The notes: generated from the letters alone by a model not told the origin. 64,000 nucleotides of DNA from Eledone cirrhosa (GCA_964016885.1 OZ024742.1:294686001-294750000); one strand, 5' to 3'; numbered from the stretch's first letter, positions 39,610 through 54,163 are shown. Numbers and translations are program-made.

Positions 39610-40130
39610 TGTTCAGCTCATACAACCTCTGCTGAAAACTTCCTTAGTCTCCCTCTACTGCAGCTTCCTTCCACTAGGATTTCTTGGCTCTTTTTCACCC
39701 AATGTTCATCATCCATCTGCGTCACATGTAGATACCAGTGCAGTCTTCTTTCCAGAACACTACATCAGATTCTTCTTATACCCAGCTTTTCTCTTGACTC
39801 ATCCATGTTTTGTCAGTCATGCATATTTACATTGTACATAAATGAGAAATCTTGCTTCATTTCTCTCCAGCCTTCGCATATCCTCTGCATTCACTGCCCT
39901 TGTCTCTCTACCATATAGCATTGCACATCACATTTGGACATCATACAGCCAGTATTTCATTCGCAGAGAGGAATCTTTTGTTGTCAACATAGGCAATAGT
40001 ATCCTCAACTTTTTCCATCCTGTTCTTATTCTAGCTACTATGTTCCCAGAGCAACCTCTTTCACTGTTTATTAGATAACCTAAATAACAGAAACTATCAA
40101 CCACTTTTATTATAGATCCTTCCTGGGATT
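39610..40130 (-). mobile_element. Old RTE 3' ORF fragment
   Basis: Decayed homology to the RTE C-terminal region. Confidence 0.7.
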
Positions 40131-40854
40131 GGAAAAAAGCTTATTCCAATGTTGCTTTTTCTACAAACTATCCATATGCATCTGCTACATTTAAAGTTTG
40201 TTTTTCTGTTATACACACATACAGACACACACACAAATACACATATATGTATATATAAATATATGCATGGACATTTACACTACACACACACATGTATGTG
40301 CATATATATATATGTGTATATATGTGTATATATATGTGTGTGTATATGTGCACGGACATTCACACTACACACACGCACAAACACATACATACACAGTAAA
40401 AAAAAAACAATGAAACTTAGGCATGTAACTTCTGTTAGATAGTATGCTAGATAGTTGACTGTAAATATAATGGTGTCAGGTGTTGTGCTATGCTCACACA
40501 ATGGATGTACTTTTGTTTCTGAAAGAGAGGATCTAAAGATCACACCATTAATACCTGTTTATATTTGTCCTTGATGCTAGTCAAATAAGTGTTGTAATTC
40601 CTGTCATTACATTTTATTGACGATCTTATAGAAGTTCCATTCATATTTATTAGATAGCTTATGAATTACATTAGTCGGTCTTTTGGCATAACTCAGTATT
40701 TTTTGTCAGTTGCTAATATTTCGAATATACAATCATCATCATCATCATCATTATCATCACCATCATCATCATCACCATCACCATCATCATCATCACCACC
40801 ACCATCATCATCATCAACAACAACTGAAAACTGGGCAAAGTGAAAATGCCTTAA

Positions 40855-41063
40855 CCCTTTAGTCATATCCAGCCAGAATTCTCTCACCTCTTTCTGTTCA
40901 AACTGGCTGTAACTGGCCTCTCATACTGATGTTAAGGTATTGTTCTCAAAATAAATATTATCAAAATCTCATAGATTCGATTTTATGTGAGATAATTATG
41001 TGAAATAAAGTGTTTACTGTGAAAATACAATAGTAAATCTAGAATAGTGTAAATGCTAAAGGG
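40855..41063. mobile_element. piggyBac-type MITE
   Basis: TTAA-CCCTTTAG ... TAAATGCTAAAGGG-TTGA. Confidence 0.82.
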
Positions 41064-41530
41064 TTGATTGGGTGAAAAACAGAGTTGTCAGGGCCAAGGT
41101 GATACTCAACAAATGGAGATACAGCTCTTCTCACAACACCATGTTTGACTGTGGCACAGAGTCACAAACTATAGAACATCTGTTGAGATAACCTTTAAAG
41201 CAAAAATCAAGCAATTCTGCTGACATTATAATGCATAATGAATGAAGATGTAGAGAAATGAATTCAGAGGATTTTAACACTCTAGAATGCCCTCCCTACC
41301 AATGCAATTCTCTCTGCAGCTGTAAACGAGATGGGTGTATCTCTTTCCTATCTAAACCATTAAAAGAAAGAAATAGTGCACAGATGATAGTTATCATTGA
41401 TGCTCTCCTATATCATCGACATAGAATAATTTCACAAGGAATAAATGTTTACATAGACTCACTAGAAATAGTAGCTAAATGTTTCTTAAACCACACCTTA
41501 CTGACTTAAATATAGAAGCATACTTTAGAC

Positions 41531-41694
41531 CAGGTATGGGCAACCTTTTTTGAACAGTGGACCACATAGGATGTGTCTCATCATATGTTGGGCCAGACTA
41601 CTAAAAAATTCAAGGCAGTTTTGAAATTAGGCATGCCATTCAGAAAGCCTAATGGTCCACATGCAGCTCACGGACTGCAGTTTGCCCATAACTG
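41531..41694. mobile_element. hAT-Charlie-type MITE
   Basis: TIRs CAGGTATGGGCAAC / GTTTGCCCATAACTG; 8-bp TSD CTTTAGAC/CATTAGAC. Confidence 0.85.
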
Positions 41695-41804
41695 CATTAG
41701 ACAATATAGTCCTAGATATAAAAAGAAAACAAAAAAAAAGAGATACTGAGTGCTGGGAGATCATAAACTAAGGAATGATGTGAAGATAAACAATTGCAAC
41801 TACT

Positions 41805-42392
41805 ATGGATCAAATTGTAGAGCTGCTAAAGAAGAGATGAGTGGATATATGCTGTGTACAGGAGGTGAGATGGGAGGGTGCCTGAATGAGACTATTGACA
41901 GGCAAACAGGATAGATACAAGCTTTACTGAATAGGAAATGATGATGAAGTAGAAGATATAGGCATCTTACTATCTGAGAAATGGATAGATAAGGTGATAA
42001 AAGTAGTTAGAGTAAGTGACAGAATTATCAAGCTTAGATTATCAATAAGAAATACAATGGTGACAATTACATCTACCTATGCTCCACAGGCAAGACTAAG
42101 TAAAGACCAAAAGGACAGGTACTATGAAGAACTTTTACAGACAACTTCAGGTACTGATAAAGGTAACCTCATCATCCTGGCAGGTGACAGGCGACTTCAA
42201 TGGAATTGTGGGGCAGTACCAACGACGAATTCAGTGAAGTTCATGGTGGCTATGGTTATGGCTCAAGAAATGAAGAGGGATTGAGTTTCCTGGAATTGAG
42301 TGACGCAAATGAACTAACCATTTACAACACAAATTTCAGGAAACCAGCCAGCCGCCTGATTTCATATCAATCAGGCAAACACAAAAACGCAC
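41805..42392 (+). pseudogene. Decayed RTE APE endonuclease fragment
   Basis: CCVQEVRW, RVSDRIIKL, STYAPQ, HGGYGYGSRNEEG, NTNFRK. Confidence 0.85.
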
Positions 42393-42409
42393 AGTGATAC
42401 AAGATAAAT

Positions 42410-42585
42410 GACAGCTGCATCTTCATCCCATCAGCCAAAGGGTACAGTGGTGTTGGGGCTGTGTCCTGTGGTCAAAATTGCAAAAGCATTCCAGTGGTCA
42501 ATGGCCATCAACACACACAGCAACAGCCACCCCACCGCGCGGGGCACCTTCTTCAGACGGGCTGCTGACGTTCCGATCTTGTATC
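42410..42585 (-). mobile_element. CRE-clade 3' fragment
   Basis: Reverse-complement homology to 14700-14830. Confidence 0.6.
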
Positions 42586-42936
42586 AAATATTTAAATTAT
42601 TGAAAAGTTCATTGAATTAAAAAAAAACCTTCAAATCATCTCAGATAAAAAAAAAATCCTATCCATCCATAACCAAATAAAAAGTTACTTCCCTTGTAAA
42701 AACGAAAGATTATGCTTTGTGAGTTGTTTCCCTTGTACCATTTCACTACAATTTCTGACAAGTTAAAATAAGGTATCTGTGGAAACTGGTCTTAGTTTGT
42801 GTTGTCATCAATAATTAGTTCACAGAATAGTTTATAGAAAAAAATCAATAAACATCTAATTAAATAACTGACAGGCTCTCTCGTATGTCGGTTACACTAA
42901 ACACATGTAAAATAAAGAAATTAATATACTAAAGTA

Positions 42937-43132
42937 CAGGGTGAGTTTTTGTTTCATATACGCCATTTTGTTACTGAAAATTTACAACTACTTCCTGTAA
43001 AAGGGAAAATGTAAAATTTTCAAATAACTTTAAACTTGGAATTTATAAATTAAAACAATGAAAAAGTAAAATCACAAATAGTATCCGAGATATCGTATTT
43101 TATAACCAGGGAAAGACTTTATGCTCACCCTG
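42937..43132. mobile_element. Tc1/mariner-type MITE
   Basis: TA-CAGGGTGAG ... CTCACCCTG-TA. Confidence 0.7.
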
Positions 43133-44204
43133 TATATTAGACATTAAAAGCAGCACTTTGCGACAATAGTAGAAGGGGTTATGCAAAACTGTAATAGGAC
43201 CAGACCAAATATGAGGCTTAAACCCTATTTCAAACTAGTTGTTAAGTATCTTAGTAATCTGAGCTAAATATATATGATTTATCTGTGTGTTACAGGTGTA
43301 TGTTGTATATGTATTTACAGGTAAAAACAACAGAATATAACAACTAGAACTTGAGTAAAGTAGCCATCCCTACCAACTCAAAATCTTATGATCTAACAAA
43401 CTGGTAAACCTGCTCTCACCTCACTTGGTTCTAAAAGGCCCTGTTTGTCCTTTTTGTGTCAAACTGGTCTTTATATAGTCTTAATTTGCAGAATTTTAGC
43501 AGTAAATTGTGGCATATAGTTACATCCCTTTACATTCTGAGTTCACATCTCACGGAGTTTAGCTTTGTTTTTAATCCTTATGGGGTCAATAAAATAAAGT
43601 ACCTGTAACTCATTGAGGGTGTAATTTAATCGACTTTCCCTTCCCCAAAAACTTTTGGCCCTGTGCCTAAATCAGAATCTATTATTATTTTGTTTTGATC
43701 AGTATAGCCTCTACCCTTCTCCAGGTGCCTGTGGATTTCAATATCGTTCTAAAAATTTCAAAACTCTGAAATCATTACTAAATACATCAAACTCATGAAG
43801 ATTGCTGGATGGTACAATGACCCAAAACACTGTGATTATAACAATCAGGATGATGACAGTGATCTAAATATATAACTGTATCATCATCATCTTTATTGTT
43901 TTTATGTCTCTTCTCCTATCATGCATGAGTTGGATGATTGCTGAGCTTATCTCAGTTTCATGTGGCATTAAGTGATTGACAGTACAAGATGCTCCACTGA
44001 CACTGATACTCATTTTTTTTTAGCTAAGTGGACCAGAACAATGTAAAAGGAAGTGCCAATTCAAGGACACAATGCACCAACTAGTTTTGGAATTGAACTC
44101 ATGACTATATGGTCATGAGCTCATCACATTAACCAATAAGTATAATGATAATAATTCCTCATCTCAGAAATTCAGACAAAATTATTGAAAGCAATTTTAC
44201 TTAC

Positions 44205-44256
44205 TGTTGATATAAATATGTTTACTTCAGATTTCACCAACTTTAGATGTGTATGT
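44205..44256 (-). other. Candidate 52-nt exon (probably 5' UTR)
   Basis: Acceptor TTTTTATATATTTCAG and donor GTAAGT. Confidence 0.4.
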
Positions 44257-45360
44257 CTGAAATATATAAAAACACACTTAAAAACAATTTTATACATAAT
44301 AAAGTTATCAGAGACAATGAAAGATATTAAATGAGAAGAAAATATGAAAAATAGTAAAGTATCTTCATTGTATTTAAAACAGAGGAAATATAGTTACTTA
44401 AAACTCCTGAGTGAATGCATGTGGCATAGTGGTTAGGGTGTTGGCTTGATACTGGAATTGAGTGTGTGTTGTGTTCTTATACAAAATACTGTATCCTTCG
44501 TTGCTCCTTCAGCCAGAAGTCACAATGAGTAGACAATATCAGTAATTGATACCTTTCCTTTCCAGGATTCCAAGATCCCTCAGTTCTTGTTCACTTTGAA
44601 GTCATTCCTAAATCCCAGTAAAGAAGGACTGCATAGTCATGGACATCAGAGAATGGAAAGTGGAGTGGGGACAGCCCAAGAACACCTGGCACAAAACATT
44701 CTAGGAGGACTTCAGATACACAGGAATAAATTAAACAGGTGCAGAAGAAGGACAGCAGATTGACCATGCTGGTGTAAGTGTGCTACATTGTGTGCCTTAA
44801 GGTGAAGGTGAAAACCCGGGGAAGATGTTTTTGTGGAAGACAGCAACCCATATGAATGACAGTCTCCTCTCTCAATGCCAGCAATGTTATCAAAAGGGAA
44901 GGCAAACGCTGATGCAACTTGGCCCCAGTGTTATTGCAACTCATTTTCGCCAGTTGAGTTGACTGGAACAACGTGAAATAAGGTTCAAGGACACAATGCA
45001 CCCTAAACACCCTAATCTATTAGCTACAGACCTTCACATGTACACACACACACACACACTATGTATATGTATATATATACATGTGTGTGTGTATCCCCTA
45101 AACATATATGTGAGTCCCAGGTTCAACCAGAGATAACCACAGTTAGTAAGGTACTCAATATTTTGAATGAAACAGTTCTAGTCCTGTAGAAGCCATTTCT
45201 ATATTAAACCTATAACAGAACATTATATATATATATATATATATGTATCTATATATATACAGCGTGTCCCCCAAAGATACACACTTCAACAGCATTCTAA
45301 TAAATATTGCCTGTAGAGGTTATCAAAATGTGTATACATTTTTGGGGGACACCCTATATA

Positions 45361-45883
45361 TCATCATCATTTTACATCCACTCTTCCCTGCTCGCAAGGG
45401 TGGGACGGGTCTTATTCAGCACATCATCTCTCCACTTGTCATCTCCACCGTGAGCTTCAGTGATCTGAGGTCTGTTCTCACCACCTCCGCCCATGTTTTT
45501 TGTGGTCTACCTCTACCACGTCTTCCTTCAACTGGCATTTCCTGGCACTTCTTCACCCATCAGTCATCCTCCATGCGCATCACATGTCCATACCACCTCA
45601 GTTTCCTCTCCCGTACACTACATTCTATCCCTCTCAGACACAGTTTCTCTCTCAACACATTCATGCTGGGTCGTTCATGCACATTGACATTGCACATCCA
45701 ACGGAGCATGCTTGCCTCATTTCTCTCCAGCCGTCACATAATCCTCTGCAGTTGCTGCCCATGTCTCACTACCATGCAGCATCGCGCTCCTCACACAGGC
45801 ATCATATAACCTTTCGTATGCAGGGAGAAACCCTTCTTCGTCAGTAGAGGAAGCAGCTCTCTAAACTTCTTCCAACCCGTCCT

Positions 45884-45885
<2 letters not shown>
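45361..45885 (-). mobile_element. RTE subfamily 2, 3' fragment
   Basis: Homologous to 55501-56770; short 3' UTR and (CAT)n. Confidence 0.85.
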
Positions 45886-45951
<66 letters not shown>

Positions 45952-46469
45952 GATATAATGTACTGTTATAGTCTCCTCATGCAACTATCTATATCTAGAG
46001 TGTATGTACTGTAACAGTAAAGTCTACTCATGTAACTATATATATATCTACAATAGATATAGTATAACATAGCCTGTCTATGAAACTACATTATATATAT
46101 CTGACTTATATATCCCGAACAACGTTATAGCTTTTCACTCATCTTGTTTTCTGTAGTGAAGATATATTATTATATCTTCTGTTTCATGACGATTAGATAA
46201 AGAAATGGCAGTTAATAACAACCAGTAATATATACCAATTGTTCAGTTTGTAATTCAATAAGAATAATTTACTAATACAAAAGAGAGATGGGAGGGTGTA
46301 TAAGTGGGGCATAGGTATTTAAAGCCCTAGGCTAGCACTACAATGGATGCCCCCTTCACCCAGTTAAGCACCCCATCTTCCTAAATGAAATAATTTCAAC
46401 ATACAGTTTGGTAAGCTGACAAACCTAGTTTTTGATATTTTTTACTTTGACCACACTTCGAAAATTATT

Positions 46470-46830
46470 ATGACAAAATGAGTCATGCATGCTCTGATGG
46501 ATGTGTAATAATAGTGTACATGAAGGATGAAACATGAATGAACTGAGAGAGAAACTAGACATAAGAGGGGTCAGATGCAGTGTGTAGAAGAGTAGACTAT
46601 GATGGTATGGACATGTACTGTGTATGGAGGATAACAGCTGCATAAAAAGGTGCAAGACACTTGACGCTGGTGGAAACTATGAAAGGAGAAGATCTAGGAA
46701 AGCTTGGAGAGATGTGATAAAAGCTGACATCATGGAATTAAACCTTTTCAAAGAGATAACACTGGACTGAATTCTCAGGCGATAGGCCATATACAGAAGA
46801 CCTAACTTCCCACACATACAAGATAAAATG
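46470..46830 (+). mobile_element. Old RTE 3' ORF fragment
   Basis: IRGVRCSV..RL.WYGHVLCMEDNSCIKRCK-like remnant. Confidence 0.7.
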
Positions 46831-47171
46831 AGCATGGAGTGGACAGTCTGTACTAATCTCCTTCATATATCTTCCCCAACTTAATGCTCACCCATCCTCC
46901 CCTCATTATCTAAGCATCTTACCTTAGATCTCCCCTCTCCCCCTCATCACCCCCCACCCTTACAAATCTAACAACAACTCCTGCCAATCCTATCCTCTCC
47001 ACTTCTTCAACTCTTTCCTGCATGGAAAAGCAGCTGTCACTTTCATCCCCCAACCCAGCTCAACCCAACCCATTCCAATATACAAAAGACAGATCCCCAC
47101 CATCCATCCAATACAATACCAACATGGAAGGCTGGCTATGACCTTCCTTGTATCATGACAAAATGCTTGAT

Positions 47172-47361
47172 TAGGGTCAGAAAGGGCATCTGACCGGGGA
47201 TACCATGATATCCCTCCTCCATACACACACACACACATGTATATCATGACTCATACACTGTTCACTTTCCTGACATTTGTATATTATTCTATGTACTATA
47301 CACACATCGTTGATGAGTTGTAGTGCACCTGAGCACTGTACACAATAATTTCATTATTATT
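47172..47361 (+). mobile_element. CR1-clade LINE 3' UTR fragment
   Basis: GTTGTAGTGCACCTGAGCACTGTACACAATAATTTCATTATT, as at 59860-60016. Confidence 0.75.
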
Positions 47362-47609
47362 AAAACAAAAATGAAATGTATGAACTTGATGTGGTCTCCT
47401 GTCTGGCCCAGGCAGGCATGGAGAAATAGATGTCTAACAATGATGAGGATGTACTCACTTCCCCATTTCACACCCCTGATACACATCACCTGTCCCACCC
47501 AGGCATGCATGGAAAGCCAGACACACACCATGCCTGCTCTTTCCACAGTGCTGTGTCACAACAAAAAGAACCCATTCCATCCTGACAGTGGAAGGGCTTG
47601 TGCCACAAG

Positions 47610-47992
47610 AACAAAATACACTGTGTAAAGTGGTAGTGGCAGTGTATGAAAAATTCTCCCAGTACACACTGGGTACAAGCCGAAGCTGAAGCATATAGAC
47701 AATATGCCCCCACCCCCTCCCACTGTAAAGTGATCGTGAAGGTGTCACGACAAAAAAGCACCCAGCCCACACTGTAAAGTGGTTGTGTAGGCGCCATGGT
47801 AAAAAAGCACCCAGCACTCACTGTAAATGAGGTTGGTGTTAGGAAGGGCATCCAGCTGTAGAAATCAAGCCAGAATCAGTTCCCGTATGAACAAGACAAG
47901 GTCACCTGACCTGGCACTGCCCCCAACAGGACAACCTGTCTAACCTATGCTAATGTGGCAGAATGTATGTAAAACAGCGATGATGGTGATGA
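47610..47992 (+). mobile_element. RTE-type 3' UTR with tandem modules
   Basis: Repeated CACTGTAAAGTG modules and (GAT)n tail. Confidence 0.8.
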
Positions 47993-48306
47993 TATATGTG
48001 TGTGTGTATATATAATATAGGCACATATGATTGCACAATATATTATATATTAAAAAATCTAAAATAGATTTTATGTAGGCATAACTACAGTTTATAAGGC
48101 TCACTGTGTAAACATTGATTGATTGTGTTAAATAGATTGAATCAAAGCATTCCTTAATGGAAAATATATTAATGTACTTCTCTGTAATATCTGAATAACT
48201 TTCACAAACATTTTGGCTAAGAATGCTTTATGATCTTACATAACATTCATCTAAATTATTTAGGCTCTGGTGCCAACTATTAATAGGATCTGGCAGAAAG
48301 ATTGGC

Positions 48307-48340
<34 letters not shown>

Positions 48341-48688
48341 AAAAAGCAATCAGAAATGATAATGCCAATAGACTTCAGTAAATGCTAAATTTCCAGATAA
48401 AAGCCATTGTTTATAAATCAAGAATTTCACAGATGTTAGTGTGAAACAATGAAATTCTCTGCAAAATCTGGAACGTACTCTTTACACAACTGAAGATAAC
48501 AGATGGAATTAAAGGAGAGAAATTATAGCTGAATAGTTTTGGGGAATAAAACTATTTAATAGCAAGAACATACTGGTAGTTGTTATTGGTATTATCAGTA
48601 GTAGTACATAACCCATTGTTTTACAGAAATCTAAGTAATATATGGTTTCTTTACCAAATTGTAAAATAGCTATGTTTAAGTATATATA

Positions 48689-49202
48689 TGTGATGCGTAT
48701 GAAGGACGACAGCTGTATAAAAAAGTGCAGGGCAATGAAAATTGATGGAAGCTGCGGAGTGGGTAGACCAAGAAAAACCTGGGACGAGGTGATAAAAACT
48801 GACCTTGCTCACCTACACCTCTCTAAGACAATGACACTGGATCGAGATCTTTGGCACCATACGGTTGTACAGAAGACCTGGCTACCATTGCATACAAACC
48901 TACAGTCAGTAGGCACCTCTTAACTCAATGTACACTCCACTTCCACACCTTACTCCACCCTCCCTCTCCTGTTCCGTCCACTGTGGAAGGTGGTCGTGTA
49001 GGAGACACGGGGAAAAGACTCCCAGTCCACACTAATGTGGTTGGTGTTAGGAAGGGCATCCAGCTGTAAAAAAAACCTGCCAGAGATGCTTCCATGTGAG
49101 CAAGACATGGTCTCCCGACCATTCCCGCATCAAATGGAACAAAACTGTCTAACCCATGCTAGCGTGGAAGATGGACCTTAAACGATGATGATGATGATGA
49201 TG
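48689..49202 (+). mobile_element. RTE LINE 3' end
   Basis: VMRMKDDSCIKKCRAMKIDGSCGVGRPRKTWDE plus 3' UTR and (GAT)n. Confidence 0.9.
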
Positions 49203-49206
49203 TGTA

Positions 49207-50325
49207 TAATAATAATAATGAAATAATGAAATTATTGTGTACAGTGCTCAGGTGCACTACAACTCATCAAAGGTGCATGTATAGTACATAGAATAATGTA
49301 CAAATGTCAGGAAAATGAACAGTGTATGAGTCATGATATAATAATAATAATAATAATAATGAAATATTGTGTACAGTGCCCAGGTGCACCACAACTCATC
49401 AAAAAAGTGCATGTACAGTACATAGGGCAATGCACAAACATCAGTAAAATGAACTGCACAAGTCATGATACACACATGTGTGCATGTGTATGGAAGGGGT
49501 ACATCAGGTGTAGTTTTGGCGTATTTCGGGAAGCATGAGTGTCTTAAAGGATGCAGTGTCTCGGCAGCTAACAACTGACGCAGGCAGTTTATTCCATGCT
49601 TCAGCAACTCTGAGCGTGAAAAAATGTCTACGAAAGTCATGGGAGCTGTGCTGTTTTCTGATTTTGTAGGCATGTCCACATGTGTTGGACACGTGGAGAT
49701 CAAAAAGGTGTTCAGGGTTGCAATTGGCGAGATGGTTAATAACTTTGTGGGTATTCACCAAGTCCATTGCCAGACGTCGGAGCTTCAATGAATCCATGCC
49801 CAGGGAAGCAAGGCGTTCAGAGTATGGTAGGTGTCTGATGGAGGGTATGCGCTTGGTTGCACGTCTCTGAACAGTTTCCAGGAGGTCAATGTTCTGAGCA
49901 AGATAGGGGTTCCAGACTGATGATGCGAATTCCAAGTGTGGCCGTACCATAGCTGTATACAGTTTTAAATAGATGGCTGGAGAGTGGCTAATAAAAGGTC
50001 TTGCTGAGTGATGCCAAGACACCCTCGGCCTTCTTGACAATCTTAGAGACATGCTTTGTCCAATGCAAATCGCTGCTGACAGTAATTCCCAGGTCATGTT
50101 CACAAGAGGACTTCTTGATATCAGTGTTGTGGAGGGAGTATGTGGACGCTGGATTTTTCCTTCCAAAATGCATGGTGGTACACTTGTCCACAGCCAGCTT
50201 CAGTTGCCAGTCTGTGATCCATTGTTGCATTGTGTCCAGGTCTGATTGTAGGAAAGAGTTGTAAATTTCAGGATCAGTCCTTTTGATTTCAAGGTACAGC
50301 TTGATGTCATCTGCATATTTCAGTA
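49207..50325 (-). mobile_element. CR1-clade LINE, 5'-truncated, with duplicated 3' terminus
   Basis: KYADDIKLY, QQWITDWQLKL, VRPHLEFASSVWNPY, LETVQRRATK, FFTLRVAEAWNKLP; two (ATT)n tails. Confidence 0.92.
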
Positions 50326-50342
50326 GTATATATATATATATG

Positions 50343-50524
50343 CAATATCATTAAAGCTAAAAAGTGAGTCTTGTTACTCTGGAGTTTTGCCTGTGCATCA
50401 CAGGGTCATCAGACAAATTCTTGTCTGATGACTCTGTGATAAATAGGCAAAACTTCAGAGTAACAAGACTCACTTTTTAGCCCTAATAATATTGAATATG
50501 AAAACTCTACTTTGGTATTGAATA
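50343..50524. mobile_element. Fold-back pLTR-like element, 74-bp arms, each with a decayed hammerhead
   Basis: Arms 50343-50416 and 50421-50494; TTGT-CTGATGA-C-CCTGTG[ATG]CACAGG-C-AAAACTCCAGAGTA-ACAA. Confidence 0.7.
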
Positions 50525-50564
50525 CAAAAAGTGCCCACCCACACTGTAAAGTGATCATGTAGGT

Positions 50565-53500
50565 CATCATCATCATCATCATCGTTTAACGTCCATCTTC
50601 CACGCTTGCATGGGTTTGGACGGGAGTTTTCCCACTTGAGGCAAGAGTGGTTGTCTTGCTCGCATAGGACTGTCTGGCGGATTTTCTACGACTGGATGCC
50701 CTTCCTAACACCAACCACATTTACAGTGTGGACTGGGAGGTTTTTACCGTGTTACCTACACGACCACATTACAGCGTGGACTGTGTGTTTTTTTGTCGTG
50801 ACACCTACACGACCTCATTTGTTTCGGGCTGGATGTTGGGGTACCGACATAACTTTACATTGAAAGGGGTGATGTGGATGGGGTGGGGGTAGTGGGACGG
50901 GGGTGTATTTTGTTAGAGGTGCCTACTGACTGTAGTAGGTTTCACTTTGTACTTAGGTAAGGCGAGCCTTCTCTATTACTGTGTAGCGCCAAAGGTCTCG
51001 GTCCAGTGACATTGTCTTGGTGAGGTGTAAGTGTGTGAGGTCGGAATTTATCAAGTCGTCCCAGGTTTTTCTGGGTCTGCCTACTCCGTGGCTACCGTCT
51101 ATCTTTATTGCCCTGCACTTTTTTATACAGCTGTCGTCTTTCATGCGTATCACGTGACCATACCAACGTAGCCTTCTCTCGAGTAAACAACATCTGATCC
51201 CTCTTATTTCTAATTTTTCCCTTAGTTCATTTATGCTTTGCCGTTCACGTATATTACTATTACACATCCAGCGGAGCATGCAAGCTTCGTTCCTCTCCAG
51301 TCTGCGTATATCCTCTGCACACAATGCCCAGGTCTCACTGCCATGCAACATTGCTGTTTGTATGCAGGCATCACACAGCCTGCCTTTCATTTTTAGGGAG
51401 AACCCTTTAGCGGCTAATAGTGGTATAAGCTCTCTGAACTTTTTCCATCCAGTTCTGACTCTAGCTACTGTACTTTCAGAGCACCCTCCCCCATTGCTGA
51501 TTTTGTCACCCAGGTAATGGAAGCTGTCCACTATTTCTATAGAACCATCTGTGCAATGGAATGAGCTAGTATTCTGTGGGCACTTGCTGCTACTTATTGC
51601 ACCAGAGCACCGGCCACATATAAAATCTATGTTCTTAGTTAGCTTACCTGTGATCCCACTACATCTTTTATGCACCCATACTTTTCATTTGGGACATAAA
51701 ATGGAGTTTCTACCTACTCCTTTCTTACACACTGAGCATGGCCATTTCCCGGATGGGACCGGCGCCCTATTTTCCTTCCTACAAACTAGAACTTTAGTCT
51801 TAGACAAGTTAATTTTAAGGCCTTTTGATTCTAGGCCATGCTTCCATGTTTGGAATTTCTTCTCTAGTTCAACCATTGATTCAGCTATGAGTGTTAGATC
51901 ATCTGCGTATAGGAGTTCCCATGAGCAGCCGGTCTTGAACTCCACTGTTATAGCCTGAAGGGCAATAATAAATAGTAGGAGGCTAAGAACGGAGCCCTGA
52001 TGAACACCAACTTTTACGCTAAACTCTTCACTATATTCGTTGTTAATTCTAACCTTGCTGACTGTTTTTTTATACATGGCTTGTATAGCTCTCACAAGCC
52101 ATTCATCAACACCTAGTTTTCTAAGAGCCCACCAGATAATGGAACGGGGGACTCTGTCGAAGGCTTTCTCCAAGTCGACAAAAGCTAAGTATAGGGTTTA
52201 CTTTTAAGCTAGGTACTTCTCCTGTAGTTGTCGTACAATGAAAAGAGCATCTGTTGTACTTTTACCTGACACAAACCCGAACTGCATTTCGTCTAGATCA
52301 ATTCTCTCTCTGATTAGTTGCGCTATTACTTTTTCTGTGACCTTCATGACCTGGTCGATTAATTTAATGCCTCTATAGTTACTCCCATCTAGGGCATCTC
52401 CTTTACACTTGTAGCAGTTAATGATGATGCTGCTACGCCAGTCCTTCGGAACAACCCCATTCTGTATGACTTGGTTTACTATCCGGGTGACCATGGTGTG
52501 TCCCACCATTCCAGAAGCTTTCAGCATTTCAGCAACTATTTCCGAAGGCCCAGCTGCCTTACCCATCTTCATATCTTTGATTGCCTTACTTATTATACTA
52601 CCTTTGACACACTTCTCCCTGACAATATCACGGTTTTCCTTGACACATTGCCTAGCAATCCTGAACACCTCACGTTTTTGGTCCTCGCGTTGTAGAACAT
52701 GCTTGAACTTTCTTTCCTCTGCTTCCCTTCTTGCGAAGTACACTTGTCTCGTAGCTTCCCTCCTGGCCACTTGATAGTCTTCTCTACTTCCCCCATCCCG
52801 CCATACTTTCCAAGCCTGCTTTTTGGCCTTAATTGACTCCTCCACCTTACTGTTCCACCACCATGTTACTCTCCTCCTGCCTATAGGCCTGCTCCAGCCA
52901 CAGACTTCGTCTGCCGCCATCAGCAGGTTTGCTTTCTGGAATTCCCACTGTTCCTCTATATTGTACGACTCTAAATGCTCTTCCTTACTGTCGAAAGCAT
53001 CAAGTAATATGCTTTTAAATTTATTTCTGGCTGTGGAGTCCTTTAGCTTCCATATTTTTCTCCTGAGGATAGTCCTCTTCTGCTGTTGAGTACGTCTCGT
53101 CCTGACTATGAGGTCGCTAATTATCAGTCTATGTTGGGAGGTGCATTCTTCATGGGGGAGGGATTTAGTGTTTACAACAGACACTCTGTCACGTCTTCTG
53201 GTAAGGATATAATCTTCCTGGCTGGTATGTTCCCTGATCTGTAGGTGATCAGGTGATTGTCTCGTTTTTTGAAGTTAGTGTTACAGATAGTTAGGTTATT
53301 TGCAGCACAGAATTCCAGGATTCTGGAGCCTTCCTCATTTCTAGTACCAAACCCATAGCCTCCATAGATTCCGTCATAGCCGTCACAATGTTGTCCAACG
53401 TGACCATTTAGGTCGCCAGCGATAACTATATAGTCACTGTCGGTTATTTGGGAGGTAGTGAGCATCAGTGTCTCATCGAATCTGTCTTTTATAGCGCCAG

Positions 53501-53567
53501 GCAGTCCGGATTGGGGCGCGTACGCAGATATTACTGTCACAGTAGTTCTATTTAGAACAAGTCTTAT
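50565..53567 (-). mobile_element. RTE LINE, 5'-truncated, disrupted
   Basis: ORF pieces 52204-53184, 51685-52173 and 50953-51675 match the 897-aa ORF; in-frame deletion near 52600. Confidence 0.95.
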
Positions 53568-53994
53568 CACAACAAAAAACACCCAGTTCACACTGTAAAT
53601 GTGGTGGGCATTAGGAAGGGCATCTAGCTGTAGAAACCAACCCAAAATCAGTTGTGTGTGACTGAAACAAGATCTTCCGGCCTGAGCTCTCACAAAGGGA
53701 CATCCCATCCTACCCATGTTATCATGGAAAATGGACGTTAAATGAAGATGATGATGAGTCAAACTCCCTAATCAGTGAGCCACTTGTCTTCACAAACGCA
53801 CCCTTTTATCTGTTCCAGCTGACAGGTTGCAGCTATTATAGTGCTCCACCATATCACCATATACATGAAGATTATATAACAGAAATACTCAAACAACGCT
53901 AGGTACACCCAGGTACACTGTTTTAGAGGCCAACAGGAATCGAACTCACATCTTTACGATTGTGAGCCAAACACGTTAACCATGTGCCTTCACA

Positions 53995-54119
53995 CTACTA
54001 CTGTTACTACTACTACTACTCCCCCTCCCTACTACTACTACTACTACTTCCTCCTCCTCCTCCTCCTACTACTACTTCTGCTGCTGCTACTACTACTACT
54101 GCTGCTGCTACTGCTACTA

Positions 54120-54163
<44 letters not shown>

